From NCBI GenBank assembly GCA_016177205.1, contig JACOVS010000039.1, positions 1 through 54,754 on the forward strand: a stretch of 54,754 bases of DNA. Direction: 5' to 3'. The notes below the pieces were generated by a model that ran no database searches, was not told where the DNA came from, and was given only the letters and a program-made list of their open reading frames with translations. The DNA comes from Candidatus Aenigmatarchaeota archaeon (GTDB lineage: Archaea > Aenigmatarchaeota > Aenigmatarchaeia > JACPZZ01). The first letter of the stretch is position 1; every line of letters begins with the position of its first letter. A program made the position numbers and the translations under genes. Of this stretch, positions 33,228-41,090 are shown piece after piece.

Positions 33228-34676
33228 TTAACTTCCAGCAGAATTAATATTAAACTGGCTGGTCAGTTCTTTTGCCGCGGCACGGATTTCTTCAACAGTC
33301 CTCTTCTCAGTTATCGCCCGGCCTACTATCCCATGCCAGTTGTCGCCAGCGACTTTTACCGCGTCTGATATCCTGCCGCCCTGCTCGACCAGCCCGGGAG
33401 ACGCAAACACAGGCTCAATGCCGGTCCCTTCGATAAGTTCACGGTAATGCGCTATCCTGTCGACCTTGTTTCCAGGCACAATAAAATGGTTAACGCCCTG
33501 CCTGGCAGCCATCAAAAACATTTCATCCAGGGCTTCGTCCGATATGTAACCGCCCTCGCTCCTCTTAAACCTCGGGTGCGTCATCTCCGCGCCCACAAAA
33601 ACCGTCAATCCCTGCTGCAACGCCTCACCTGTCCACGCAACCTGCGTTCGCGGGCCTGAAAGCGGGAATAATATTACCGCATCGAGCCCGGCCGCCTTCA
33701 GGTCTTTCATAAACTGTTTGGCTGTATTGGGAATGTCTGTACCCCCTTTCTGGTGGTCGTATATCAGGGGTTTTTTGGTGTGTTTTCTCGCAGCCTCAAC
33801 CCAGCGCTCCCAGCCCTTTCTTCCGGCGTGCGCGGGTATCTTGTAACCGCCTATGCGCGGGATGTCCGCAGTCGCTTCCACCAGCGGTTCGAAAGCCTCG
33901 TAAGGTACGTCACACGCTGGTAAGACGGTCCGACCCTCTATCAGTTTGTCGCCGCCAAGCCCGTATTTCTTTCTCACTTCCGCAGTTCCCCACGCGCGGA
34001 AATACAGCTTAAACGCCGCCTCGTCGGCCGGTGACAGCTTGTTGTTTTCTTTTAGCCAGTCAAATATCTCGCTGGCCGTCACGATCGGCTTGTAACGTGT
34101 GCCTTTTTCGCTGGCGAACTGTTCTATCGCAACCTCGCCGTCTTCGTTGATTTCCTGCCTGTCCACGGCTATGATGCCATAAGGCATTTTGACGCCGTTT
34201 GTTATCCTGCGCATGATTTCGTCCGCCTCGCGCTTAGTCTCGCTTGTCGTAATAACATCATCCACGGGAAGAATCACCGAACCGTCCGGAACAAGGCTCC
34301 CGACAAGCGTCTCCCTTTGCATTTGTTCCTTTGTCACGCCGGAGCCCGTGGCCTCGCCGTACGTCTTTGCGTCCTTTCTGTAAAACGCCCATCCCTTGTT
34401 TATGCCCATCTCCGCCAGGGCCGCGGATGTCGCTACGACCAAGGGTATGCCTTTGTTCGGTATTCCAAGAAGGACATCAAACTTATCCCCGACCGCGCTT
34501 TTGATGGCTTCCGCGTAATACCTCCCGGCTTTGCTGATCTTTTCGCCGTTATCGAAAGCCCCCACGTTCAGAAAGTACGGGGAATCCCTGCCGCTCTTTG
34601 TCCTGAAAGGCCCGCCGATTTTCAGGGCTTCCGTGTCGAGAAGAAACTGGATAAACTGCGCTTTGTACGGCTCCAT
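33228..34676 (-). CDS. pyrEF: fused orotate phosphoribosyltransferase / orotidine-5'-phosphate decarboxylase-like protein
   Basis: N-terminal half: ALKIGGPFRTKSGRDSPYFLN and PRPP loop LPVDDVITTSETK. C-terminal half: YDHQKGGTDIPNT and FIVPG, ODCase-like. Confidence 0.7.
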   Translation of the reverse strand: MEPYKAQFIQFLLDTEALKIGGPFRTKSGRDSPYFLNVGAFDNGEKISKAGRYYAEAIKSAVGDKFDVLLGIPNKGIPLVVATSAALAEMGINKGWAFYRKDAKTYGEATGSGVTKEQMQRETLVGSLVPDGSVILPVDDVITTSETKREADEIMRRITNGVKMPYGIIAVDRQEINEDGEVAIEQFASEKGTRYKPIVTASEIFDWLKENNKLSPADEAAFKLYFRAWGTAEVRKKYGLGGDKLIEGRTVLPACDVPYEAFEPLVEATADIPRIGGYKIPAHAGRKGWERWVEAARKHTKKPLIYDHQKGGTDIPNTAKQFMKDLKAAGLDAVILFPLSGPRTQVAWTGEALQQGLTVFVGAEMTHPRFKRSEGGYISDEALDEMFLMAARQGVNHFIVPGNKVDRIAHYRELIEGTGIEPVFASPGLVEQGGRISDAVKVAGDNWHGIVGRAITEKRTVEEIRAAAKELTSQFNINSAGS

Positions 34677-34790
34677 TTAGATCTTAGTTTAATAACAATG
34701 TCAGATATTTATGCTCTTTTTGCCTTCCTTTTTAATCGCTTAGGTCAATTAATCAAACAGGCAAATTGGAAGCATACCATACGATAACTA

Positions 34791-34822
34791 GAAGCGTATC
34801 CTATACCAATTGGGTATGTTTC
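34791..34822 (+). repeat. hairpin repeat Ha (11-bp stem including three G-U pairs on the plus-strand RNA, 10-nt loop)
   Basis: GAAGCGTATCC-TATACCAATT-GGGTATGTTTC. Confidence 0.6.
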
Positions 34823-34837
34823 AGTTCGCAGCGCTAG

Positions 34838-34898
34838 AAATATGTGCATCGGAAACTGACGCATACATAGTATGCGTCCGGTTGAAAAGCACATATTT
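34838..34898 (+). other. structured 61-nt element in the tRNA-Gln 5' flank, homologous to the core of the anticodon-loop intron
   Basis: Outer stem AAATATGTGC/GCACATATTT, shared TGTGCATCGGAAACTGA, inner hairpin GACGCATAC-ATA-GTATGCGTC. Confidence 0.6.
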
Positions 34899-34907
34899 CA
34901 GTCGAAT

Positions 34908-35103
34908 AGCCCCGTAGTGCAGCGGCCAAGCACGGCGGGCTTTGGGTAGTCACAAATTGAAGCTTGTGCATCGGAAACTGAAGCATACCTATGGTATGCT
35001 TCTAGCTGCAAAGCGCAAGCTTAAGCTAGAAGTTACCCGTAAACGGCGGAAGTGCTGAAGTGTAAAAATTTCGCACTGCCGATTTCGAATCCGCCCGGGG
35101 CTA
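34908..35103 (+). tRNA. tRNA-Gln(UUG) with two introns (about 34946..35034 at 37/38; about 35050..35083 at 53/54)
   Basis: Hand-folded cloverleaf. Acceptor AGCCCCG/CGGGGCT (A1-U72), U8, D-stem GTGC/GCAC with a GG loop. Anticodon stem GCGGG/CCCGT, loop CT-TTG-G|intron|A. T-stem GGCGG|intron|TTCGAAT-CCGCC. Discriminator A. Confidence 0.75.
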
Positions 35104-35111
35104 ATCAGCTA

Positions 35112-35143
35112 GAGGCATACCGTATACTGTATCGGTATGCCTC
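35112..35143 (+). repeat. hairpin repeat Hd (11-bp stem, 10-nt loop) 9 nt after the tRNA 3' end
   Basis: GAGGCATACCG-TATACTGTAT-CGGTATGCCTC. A half copy CGGCATGCTTC follows at 35153..35164. Confidence 0.7.
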
Positions 35144-35215
35144 GGCCTGAATATCGGCATGCTTCAGTCTAAAAACAAACACGGAAGTGTTTGTCAATTA
35201 GTCGTAGGTGTTTTA

Positions 35216-35734
35216 ATGCAAGTCTCCGTATTGCGCATCGGCCATCGCATTTTCCGCGACCAGCGGATAACAACGCATTGCGCTCTCGCTTCGCGGGCGT
35301 TCGGAGCGGACGAGATAATTATCGTCGGGGATAAGGATGAAAAACTAAAAAAGAACGTGGAAAAAATCTCTTCGGAATGGGGTGGGAATTTTAAAATCTC
35401 TTTCTCGGCAACATGGAAAGATATTATTAAAAAGTTTTTGGCGGAAGGCTGCAAAACCGTGCATCTTACCATGTACGGTCGGCCTGTGCAGGACGTTGAA
35501 AAGGAGATACGAAAAGAGAATAAAATATTGCTCATCGCCGGCGGCGAGAAAGTTCCCGCTGAAGTTTATCAAATGGCCGATTACAACGTTTCCGTCACGA
35601 CGCAGCCGCACTCCGAAGTCAGCAGCATCGCGGTTTTCCTGGACAGGGTTTTCGGGGGCGAAGAATTGAACAAAGAGTTCAAAAACGCCAGAAGGAAAAT
35701 AATACCCTCTGCCAAAGGAAAAAGGTTTGCTTAG
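35216..35734 (+). CDS. trm56: tRNA (cytidine56-2'-O)-methyltransferase (aTrm56, SPOUT)
   Basis: VLRIGHRIFRDQRITTHCALASRAFGA, WGGNF, VHLTMYG. The start is set at the ATG at 35216. Confidence 0.8.
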   Translation: MQVSVLRIGHRIFRDQRITTHCALASRAFGADEIIIVGDKDEKLKKNVEKISSEWGGNFKISFSATWKDIIKKFLAEGCKTVHLTMYGRPVQDVEKEIRKENKILLIAGGEKVPAEVYQMADYNVSVTTQPHSEVSSIAVFLDRVFGGEELNKEFKNARRKIIPSAKGKRFA

Positions 35735-35739
35735 TTTTT

Positions 35740-36660
35740 CTACATTTTCACGCGCATGAAATCCTTTGCCGTTATCGTATCCGGGAATATTTTTTTAGCC
35801 GACGTTTCAAAGTCCTTCAGCGAATGGTAGCGCCTGGAGAAATGGGTCAATATCAATTTTTTAACGCCGGCCTTCTTTGCGATTTCCGCGACTTCGTCAA
35901 CGCTTGAGTGCGATTTCCTTCTCTTCTCTTCGGACACAACGTCCTCAAGAAAGGTTGAATCGTGTATCAGTATGTCCGCATTTTCGGAGATTTTTATCAT
36001 GTTGCCGCACGGGGTCGTGTCCCCGGAATAAACTATCTTCCTGCCTAAGCGCGTTGTCGACACGTCCTCAAGTTTTATTTTAGTTCCTCTGTGGACAACA
36101 CTTCCTTCTTCCTTTAATTTCCCTATGACCGGCCCCTGCTTTAATCCATAAACGGAAGCTTTTTTCAAATCCACATTGATCCTGTCGTTTTCCTTGAAAC
36201 AATAAGCAACCGCAGGCACGGTGTGGGCTACAGGTATGGAAAAGACTGAAAAATCCTCGTACCTGGCAACTGTTTCTATGTCATTTCCCTGGAAATCCAA
36301 AGACTTGCCTTTAACCGGGAAACCGACTCCCCAGTGTCCGAGTTCCAATATGTCCGAAACGAACAATTCCGCCTCCGGCCCGTAGATTGTCAAGGGTTTA
36401 TTCCGGTCCTCCAAGTTCATAGACTGTATCAGTCCTATAAGGCCGGCGAAATGGTCCGCGTGCCAATGAGTAATGAAAATGTCGTCGATCTTCATCGGGC
36501 TTTCGCCCGCAATTGCCATCTGCCTCTGCGTTCCCTCGCCGCAATCCCACAAAAGCTGCCGGCCTTCGTACTTTAATAGTATGGCCGGGTGGTTCCGCTC
36601 GCGCGAGGGAATTCCGGATCCTGTGCCAAGAAAAACTATCTCCATAATATCATCCGCCAA
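35740..36660 (-). CDS. rnz: ribonuclease Z (tRNA 3' endonuclease)
   Basis: FLGTGSGIPSRERNHPAILL and the metallo-beta-lactamase motif ITHWHADHFAGL. Confidence 0.85.
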   Translation of the reverse strand: MADDIMEIVFLGTGSGIPSRERNHPAILLKYEGRQLLWDCGEGTQRQMAIAGESPMKIDDIFITHWHADHFAGLIGLIQSMNLEDRNKPLTIYGPEAELFVSDILELGHWGVGFPVKGKSLDFQGNDIETVARYEDFSVFSIPVAHTVPAVAYCFKENDRINVDLKKASVYGLKQGPVIGKLKEEGSVVHRGTKIKLEDVSTTRLGRKIVYSGDTTPCGNMIKISENADILIHDSTFLEDVVSEEKRRKSHSSVDEVAEIAKKAGVKKLILTHFSRRYHSLKDFETSAKKIFPDTITAKDFMRVKM

Positions 36661-38023
36661 AGAATTTCCTGAGGAAAATTTTCGCGCCGGGCGCCCGGGC
36701 CGATTTGTATATCTTTTCGTCCTCGGCTATTTTGAAGCCCCTTGAAACCGACGCCGCTATGTAACTCGGTATTCCAGTTTCTTCCAGGTTCTTTTGGCCG
36801 GCTTTTAAAAGTTCCGACAGATAAGCGGCCGCTTCCGTGTGTTTTCTTTCCGTTTCAGCGACCCAGTTAATTCCCTCGATATAAGGCCTTCGCACAGAGT
36901 TTTTCATATAATGCGCTACGAAGTTGCGCGCGTTCGAATGGGCGAATATAGGCGGCCCGACCCTTTTTTTCACGTTGGGTAGTTTGTGCACCGCCATCTC
37001 AAACAGGATGATGCCCGTGGATTTTCCGTCCGACCACACGTCCCTGTTCATGGACGCAAAATCGTTCTCCCTGAGCATGTGGTCTATCCTCTCCGCCGCC
37101 CTTCTCAATTGCGGCCAGAGTATGTCCGCCACAACTTTCGGCGGCTTGAAAACAATTGCGATCAGTTTGGCGTCTCTTGATCTCCGCAATTTTGCGAATT
37201 CCGCCCTTCCCAAAGGCTTCTCTTCGGGCGGAAAAAAGAATTTTTCCGAAGGTTTTTTGCAGAAATCGTCAGCTCTGGAGACCAGAGCTTCAAAACTTTT
37301 GGCGGAAACGGCTGCGGCGACATTGCGGTTCGGGTCGACAGGGTCAATCAACGCCATTGGCGAAGAGAACTTCTGACGGACCGGCCTGCTGTCAAGCGTT
37401 ATTATGGTTCCGGCCTTCCAGCCCGCTATCGAATTTATCGCATTCTCAAAAGACCCGTATTTTATTATGAGCAGGTCGCATATGTAGCCGGAAAACCCTT
37501 CTGTCTTCAGGTCCGCGCCGTAGACGCCGGCCGCCTTGCAAAATTGTTTTAACAGCCTTACGTCATTGGCCTGTTCAGGCCTCATATTCTTTTCTATGTA
37601 TTTCACGTGGAACGGCGTCCTGTCAACTGCGGATTTGATCTTATCGGCCGAGGATAACTTGTAGCACGGCACAATATCCACCTGGTATTTTCCCACAAAG
37701 CCTCTCACGTAAGGGTGTTGCGCGTAGGATACGGTGTGCCTGCCGCCAACCGACTTTATCGCGGCCCTGCCGATTGACAGGCCTATATTACCCAACTCGT
37801 CTTCTTTCACGCTTTCCGGAAACGCAACAAAGATATCTATTTCCTTTTTCTCTTTCATCCATGTGTTCCTCGTTATCGACCCCGCAAGTATGGTCTCGGC
37901 GCCGTACTTGTCCGCGAATTTTCCCACCTCTATCAGGAGCCTCCGGGATATTTTCTTTATTTCTTCCCCGTCCTTCCTGCCTGGTAGTATTCTTTTCAAG
38001 GCCTTTCTAAGAACGCCCTTCAT
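36650..38023 (-). CDS. cca: CCA-adding enzyme (class I archaeal tRNA nucleotidyltransferase)
   Basis: ILAGSITRNTWMKEKKEIDIFVAF nucleotidyltransferase motif. 457 aa. Overlaps rnz by 11 nt. Confidence 0.85.
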   Translation of the reverse strand: MKGVLRKALKRILPGRKDGEEIKKISRRLLIEVGKFADKYGAETILAGSITRNTWMKEKKEIDIFVAFPESVKEDELGNIGLSIGRAAIKSVGGRHTVSYAQHPYVRGFVGKYQVDIVPCYKLSSADKIKSAVDRTPFHVKYIEKNMRPEQANDVRLLKQFCKAAGVYGADLKTEGFSGYICDLLIIKYGSFENAINSIAGWKAGTIITLDSRPVRQKFSSPMALIDPVDPNRNVAAAVSAKSFEALVSRADDFCKKPSEKFFFPPEEKPLGRAEFAKLRRSRDAKLIAIVFKPPKVVADILWPQLRRAAERIDHMLRENDFASMNRDVWSDGKSTGIILFEMAVHKLPNVKKRVGPPIFAHSNARNFVAHYMKNSVRRPYIEGINWVAETERKHTEAAAYLSELLKAGQKNLEETGIPSYIAASVSRGFKIAEDEKIYKSARAPGAKIFLRKFFGG

Positions 38024-38048
38024 AATTAGTTTTTAATCGAACCGATAT

Positions 38049-38681
38049 TTAACGTGGTTTTTTCGCCAGCTTTGCCGCCAAGTAGCCAAAGGCGAAACCG
38101 CCTATGTGCGCCCAAAATGCAACATTGCTGCCGCCGTACCCGGCGAGCGTCGCGACCCCGAAGAAAAGCTGAATTAAAAACCAGAAGCCTATCACCAGCC
38201 ATGCCGGAGTCTGGCCCACCCAATACCCGGCGGACGTGGTTATTCTAGCTTGAGGAAACAAAACCATGTAAAATCCCAGTATGCCCGAAACCGCGCCGGA
38301 AGCGCCTATCGAGGGGGTTGTCGAGGAGGGATCGGTCGCATATTGAACAAGGGCTGCGGCCGCGCCGGATACAACGTAAAGGAAAAGGAACCTAAGCCTT
38401 CCGAGCCTGTCCTCCACATTGTCGCCGAATATCCACAGGTACCACATGTTTCCGAAAATGTGGTCAAAGCCTGCGTGCAGGAACATAGAGGTGAATACGG
38501 TGATTACCGCGTACAATGACGGGAAGTAGTACGGGGTAAAGCCAAGCGTATAAATGATATTTTCGAAGTCTGAAAGGCTGGCCAAGAACACAAGAACGTT
38601 TATCAGAATAAGCGAAACCGTAACAATCGGAAAGTCTCTGGTTTTAATCGAGTCCCCGTACGGGAAGAACTGGCCTTTCAT
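38049..38681 (-). CDS. rhomboid-family intramembrane serine protease
   Basis: HAGFDHIFGNMWYLWIFG, GASGAVSGILG, AHIGGFAFG. Confidence 0.85.
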   Translation of the reverse strand: MKGQFFPYGDSIKTRDFPIVTVSLILINVLVFLASLSDFENIIYTLGFTPYYFPSLYAVITVFTSMFLHAGFDHIFGNMWYLWIFGDNVEDRLGRLRFLFLYVVSGAAAALVQYATDPSSTTPSIGASGAVSGILGFYMVLFPQARITTSAGYWVGQTPAWLVIGFWFLIQLFFGVATLAGYGGSNVAFWAHIGGFAFGYLAAKLAKKPR

Positions 38682-38714
38682 GATTAGTTTTAGCCGGGCT
38701 TTTCTAAAAGCTTA

Positions 38715-39224
38715 TTAAAAGCAGAGTTCGTCTACCTGCCTGATTTTCAGCATCGAAGGGTCCACTGGAACAAGTTCTATGTTCGCCTCCTTCAGGAAGC
38801 GGACCGCATGCTCTCCGGGATAGTTCCCTGCGAAAATTATTTTCTTTATTCCGGCGTTGATAAGGTTTTTTGCACAGGCCACACACGGCGGGCCTGCGGT
38901 AACGTATAATGTTGAATCTTCCGTACTAACGCCGTGCTTGGCGGCGTGCAATATGGCATTCTCCTCGGCATGGACGGTTCTTATACAATGCTCCTTTGTA
39001 GAGCCGTCTTCGTCTTCACGCTTTACCACAAGGCATCCCACTTCCGTGCAATGTTTGCCGCCCGAAGGCGAGCCATTATAACCTGTGGATAATATTCTGT
39101 TGCCTTTTACAAGGACTGCTCCAACGTGCCTGCGCAAACATGTCGCGCGCGACGCAACTTCGATCGCTATGCGCATAAAATACTCGTCGAAATCGGGCCG
39201 CTTCCACTCTGCCAAAAATATCAC
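38715..39224 (-). CDS. dCMP (deoxycytidylate) deaminase
   Basis: VHAEENAI and PCVACAKNLINAGIKKIIF zinc-binding motifs. 169 aa. Confidence 0.85.
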   Translation of the reverse strand: MIFLAEWKRPDFDEYFMRIAIEVASRATCLRRHVGAVLVKGNRILSTGYNGSPSGGKHCTEVGCLVVKREDEDGSTKEHCIRTVHAEENAILHAAKHGVSTEDSTLYVTAGPPCVACAKNLINAGIKKIIFAGNYPGEHAVRFLKEANIELVPVDPSMLKIRQVDELCF

Positions 39225-39277
39225 TGATTATCAGATCTGGCCTGCGATTTAAATATCCCGATCAATATCGGAATTAC

Positions 39278-40153
39278 ATGTCCGGCCTTTTATATCCTAT
39301 GGGCCTGAATGCGCCCGGTTACACGCCCGACCCGGAAAAATGCAAAGTCTGGTATTTCGGCGTGCCTTTCGACGCCACAGTATGTTATTTGGCCGGTTGC
39401 AGGTTCGGGCCGAAGGTTTTTCGTGAAGCCTTTTTGCAGAACGAAGTTTATGACATCAGGACAGGAACAAATCTCCTGGACATAGGTTTTTTTGATTTAG
39501 GCGACATGGAACCTGTCAGGGAAAGCGCGGAAAAAACTTTGCAGCGTGTTAAGGCGCAGACAGCGCACATATTGGAAAAGGGGAAATTCCCGCTGATGAT
39601 AGGCGGCGAACATACCTTGACCGCCGGGGCTGTGTGGGCCTGCGCCGAAAAATTCAAGGACGTTAAGGTCGTTCAGTTCGATGCGCATGACGATTTGCGC
39701 ACGGACTTCGAGGGAAGCCGCTTCGACCACGCCTGCGCGATGAACTTATGCGTTGAAAAAATAGGCATGAAAAATCTTATGGGAATAGGGATAAGGGCGT
39801 CGCCGCAATCAAGCTCAAAGTTCAAGGACCGGACAATTTACCGTTACCAGTTGCGCGACAACTTTGAAGCTGCTAGGAAGGAACTCCTGGATTTTGTTAA
39901 AGATGCAAACGTTTACATAACGGTGGACATGGACTGTTTTGATCCGGGCATAGCACCGGGCGTCGGCACGCCTGAGCCTGATGGAATGCTGTACCACGAA
40001 GTATTGGGGCTGATAAAAGTTTTGAAAAACGCAAAGAAAATCGTAGGCATGGACATCGTTGAATTGCGTCCGCTGCCGGATAACAACGTAACCGAAATGA
40101 CCGCCTCAAAACTTTTCATGGAAACGGTGGCGCAGCTAAAAGACAAAATTTAA
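39278..40153 (+). CDS. speB: agmatinase (ureohydrolase family)
   Basis: GGEHTLT, FDAHDDLR, VDMDCFDPGIAPGVGTPEPDG. Confidence 0.85.
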   Translation: MSGLLYPMGLNAPGYTPDPEKCKVWYFGVPFDATVCYLAGCRFGPKVFREAFLQNEVYDIRTGTNLLDIGFFDLGDMEPVRESAEKTLQRVKAQTAHILEKGKFPLMIGGEHTLTAGAVWACAEKFKDVKVVQFDAHDDLRTDFEGSRFDHACAMNLCVEKIGMKNLMGIGIRASPQSSSKFKDRTIYRYQLRDNFEAARKELLDFVKDANVYITVDMDCFDPGIAPGVGTPEPDGMLYHEVLGLIKVLKNAKKIVGMDIVELRPLPDNNVTEMTASKLFMETVAQLKDKI

Positions 40154-40166
40154 CCGGTAAATCGGG

Positions 40167-40562
40167 TCAGCCCTTGGCTTCCCGCAGTATCTTCTTGCCG
40201 ATGACTTCCCAGTACATTACTTCGCCGCCTTCTTTTATTTCGGATTTAATTTCCTCGGGTATCTCCGCTTCAAACTGCGAATAGTCCTGCATGTCCATCA
40301 ACTGCGCCGTGCTGCCGCTTATCGCAAGGACCTGGGCCATCTTTTTAAGAATGATGGGAACTTCTATTTCGGAATCTCCGGGCTTGACGACAGATCTTCT
40401 TCGCCCGTCAAAAATCCCGTTCGCTTCCACCCTAGCTTTCGCGGAGCCGTGCTTGCCGGACTTGGAAATATCAATGCTCGCAACCTTGCACACTTCGCCG
40501 TCGATAAGAACGAATTGGCCGGGTTTGAGGTGTTTTACCGAAGTGGTCGTAGTGTCAGCCAT
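40167..40562 (-). CDS. eif5a: translation initiation factor 5A
   Basis: LKPGQFVLIDGEVCKV and the hypusine loop SKSGKHGSAKARV. Confidence 0.9.
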   Translation of the reverse strand: MADTTTTSVKHLKPGQFVLIDGEVCKVASIDISKSGKHGSAKARVEANGIFDGRRRSVVKPGDSEIEVPIILKKMAQVLAISGSTAQLMDMQDYSQFEAEIPEEIKSEIKEGGEVMYWEVIGKKILREAKG

Positions 40563-40696
40563 TCCATCATCTTTTGGTTAAACTTTTTTGAACAACGAAA
40601 AGCAAAGCTTTTCCTGCGAAGTTTAAATCAATAAACAATATGACAATTGCACGCTTAAATTCTTTTGAAATTTATCAAAAATTCGTGGGGCGCATT

Positions 40697-40903
40697 CTAT
40701 CTTGACGCCAGCTTTATGTCTTCGCGTTTAACCGTAACGCGGCCCGCATGGTTTGCAGCCGCAATGGCCTCCCGTGCGATCTGTTCCGCGATCTCGGTCA
40801 GAACTTCGTTCAACGCGTTAACCGCTGACAGGGAAACGCGCTCTGCTCCGGCCTTTCTCGCTATGCGTTCCAGCGGTGCGGAGGGGAAAGATCCTGCCAA
40901 CAT
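40697..40903 (-). CDS. archaeal histone (HMf-like histone fold)
   Basis: PSAPLERIARKAGAERVS...AREAIAAANHAGRVTVKREDIKLA. The start is set at the ATG at 40903. Confidence 0.85.
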   Translation of the reverse strand: MLAGSFPSAPLERIARKAGAERVSLSAVNALNEVLTEIAEQIAREAIAAANHAGRVTVKREDIKLASR

Positions 40904-40946
40904 TTTCACGTCCTTAACTTGATCCTAAAAGCTTATGAGAAACATG

Positions 40947-40954
40947 ATTTATAT
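40947..40954 (-). promoter_or_regulatory. TATA box (TTTATATA on plus / TATATAAA on minus) in the histone-tfb divergent intergenic region
   Basis: Exact TTTATATA octamer 44 nt from the histone ATG. Which gene it serves is uncertain. Confidence 0.4.
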
Positions 40955-41090
40955 ACATTGGCGGGTTTTCCGTCCGATTATCGCATTTCTCTGGCCTGGC
41001 CGCACGTCGCCTTATAAGTACCGATAGCTTTAAATGCTTGACTGCGAGAACTATTTAGCTGGCGTTTCCAGCGCTAAATTGGTGATTTTG

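Noticed and set aside
34946-35034. C/D-box sRNA embedded in the tRNA intron (as in some archaeal tRNA-Trp introns)
   Set aside because: CUGA (D-box-like) is present, but no RUGAUGA C box or C'/D' pair could be found.
34769-35164. Possibility that the clustered hairpin repeats are a CRISPR array
   Set aside because: The repeats differ in sequence and length, the spacing is irregular (about 20-100 nt), and they are themselves palindromic hairpins interleaved with a tRNA. No cas genes are in the window.
35159-35215. Upstream ATG start of the trm56 ORF in the track
   Set aside because: The first 19 codons derive from the half hairpin repeat after the tRNA. aTrm56 homology begins at VLRIGHR, right after the ATG at 35216.
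39278-40562. speB next to aIF5A as a novel association
   Set aside because: The agmatinase-aIF5A adjacency is a commonly seen archaeal neighbourhood tied to polyamine/hypusine metabolism, so it is not novel.
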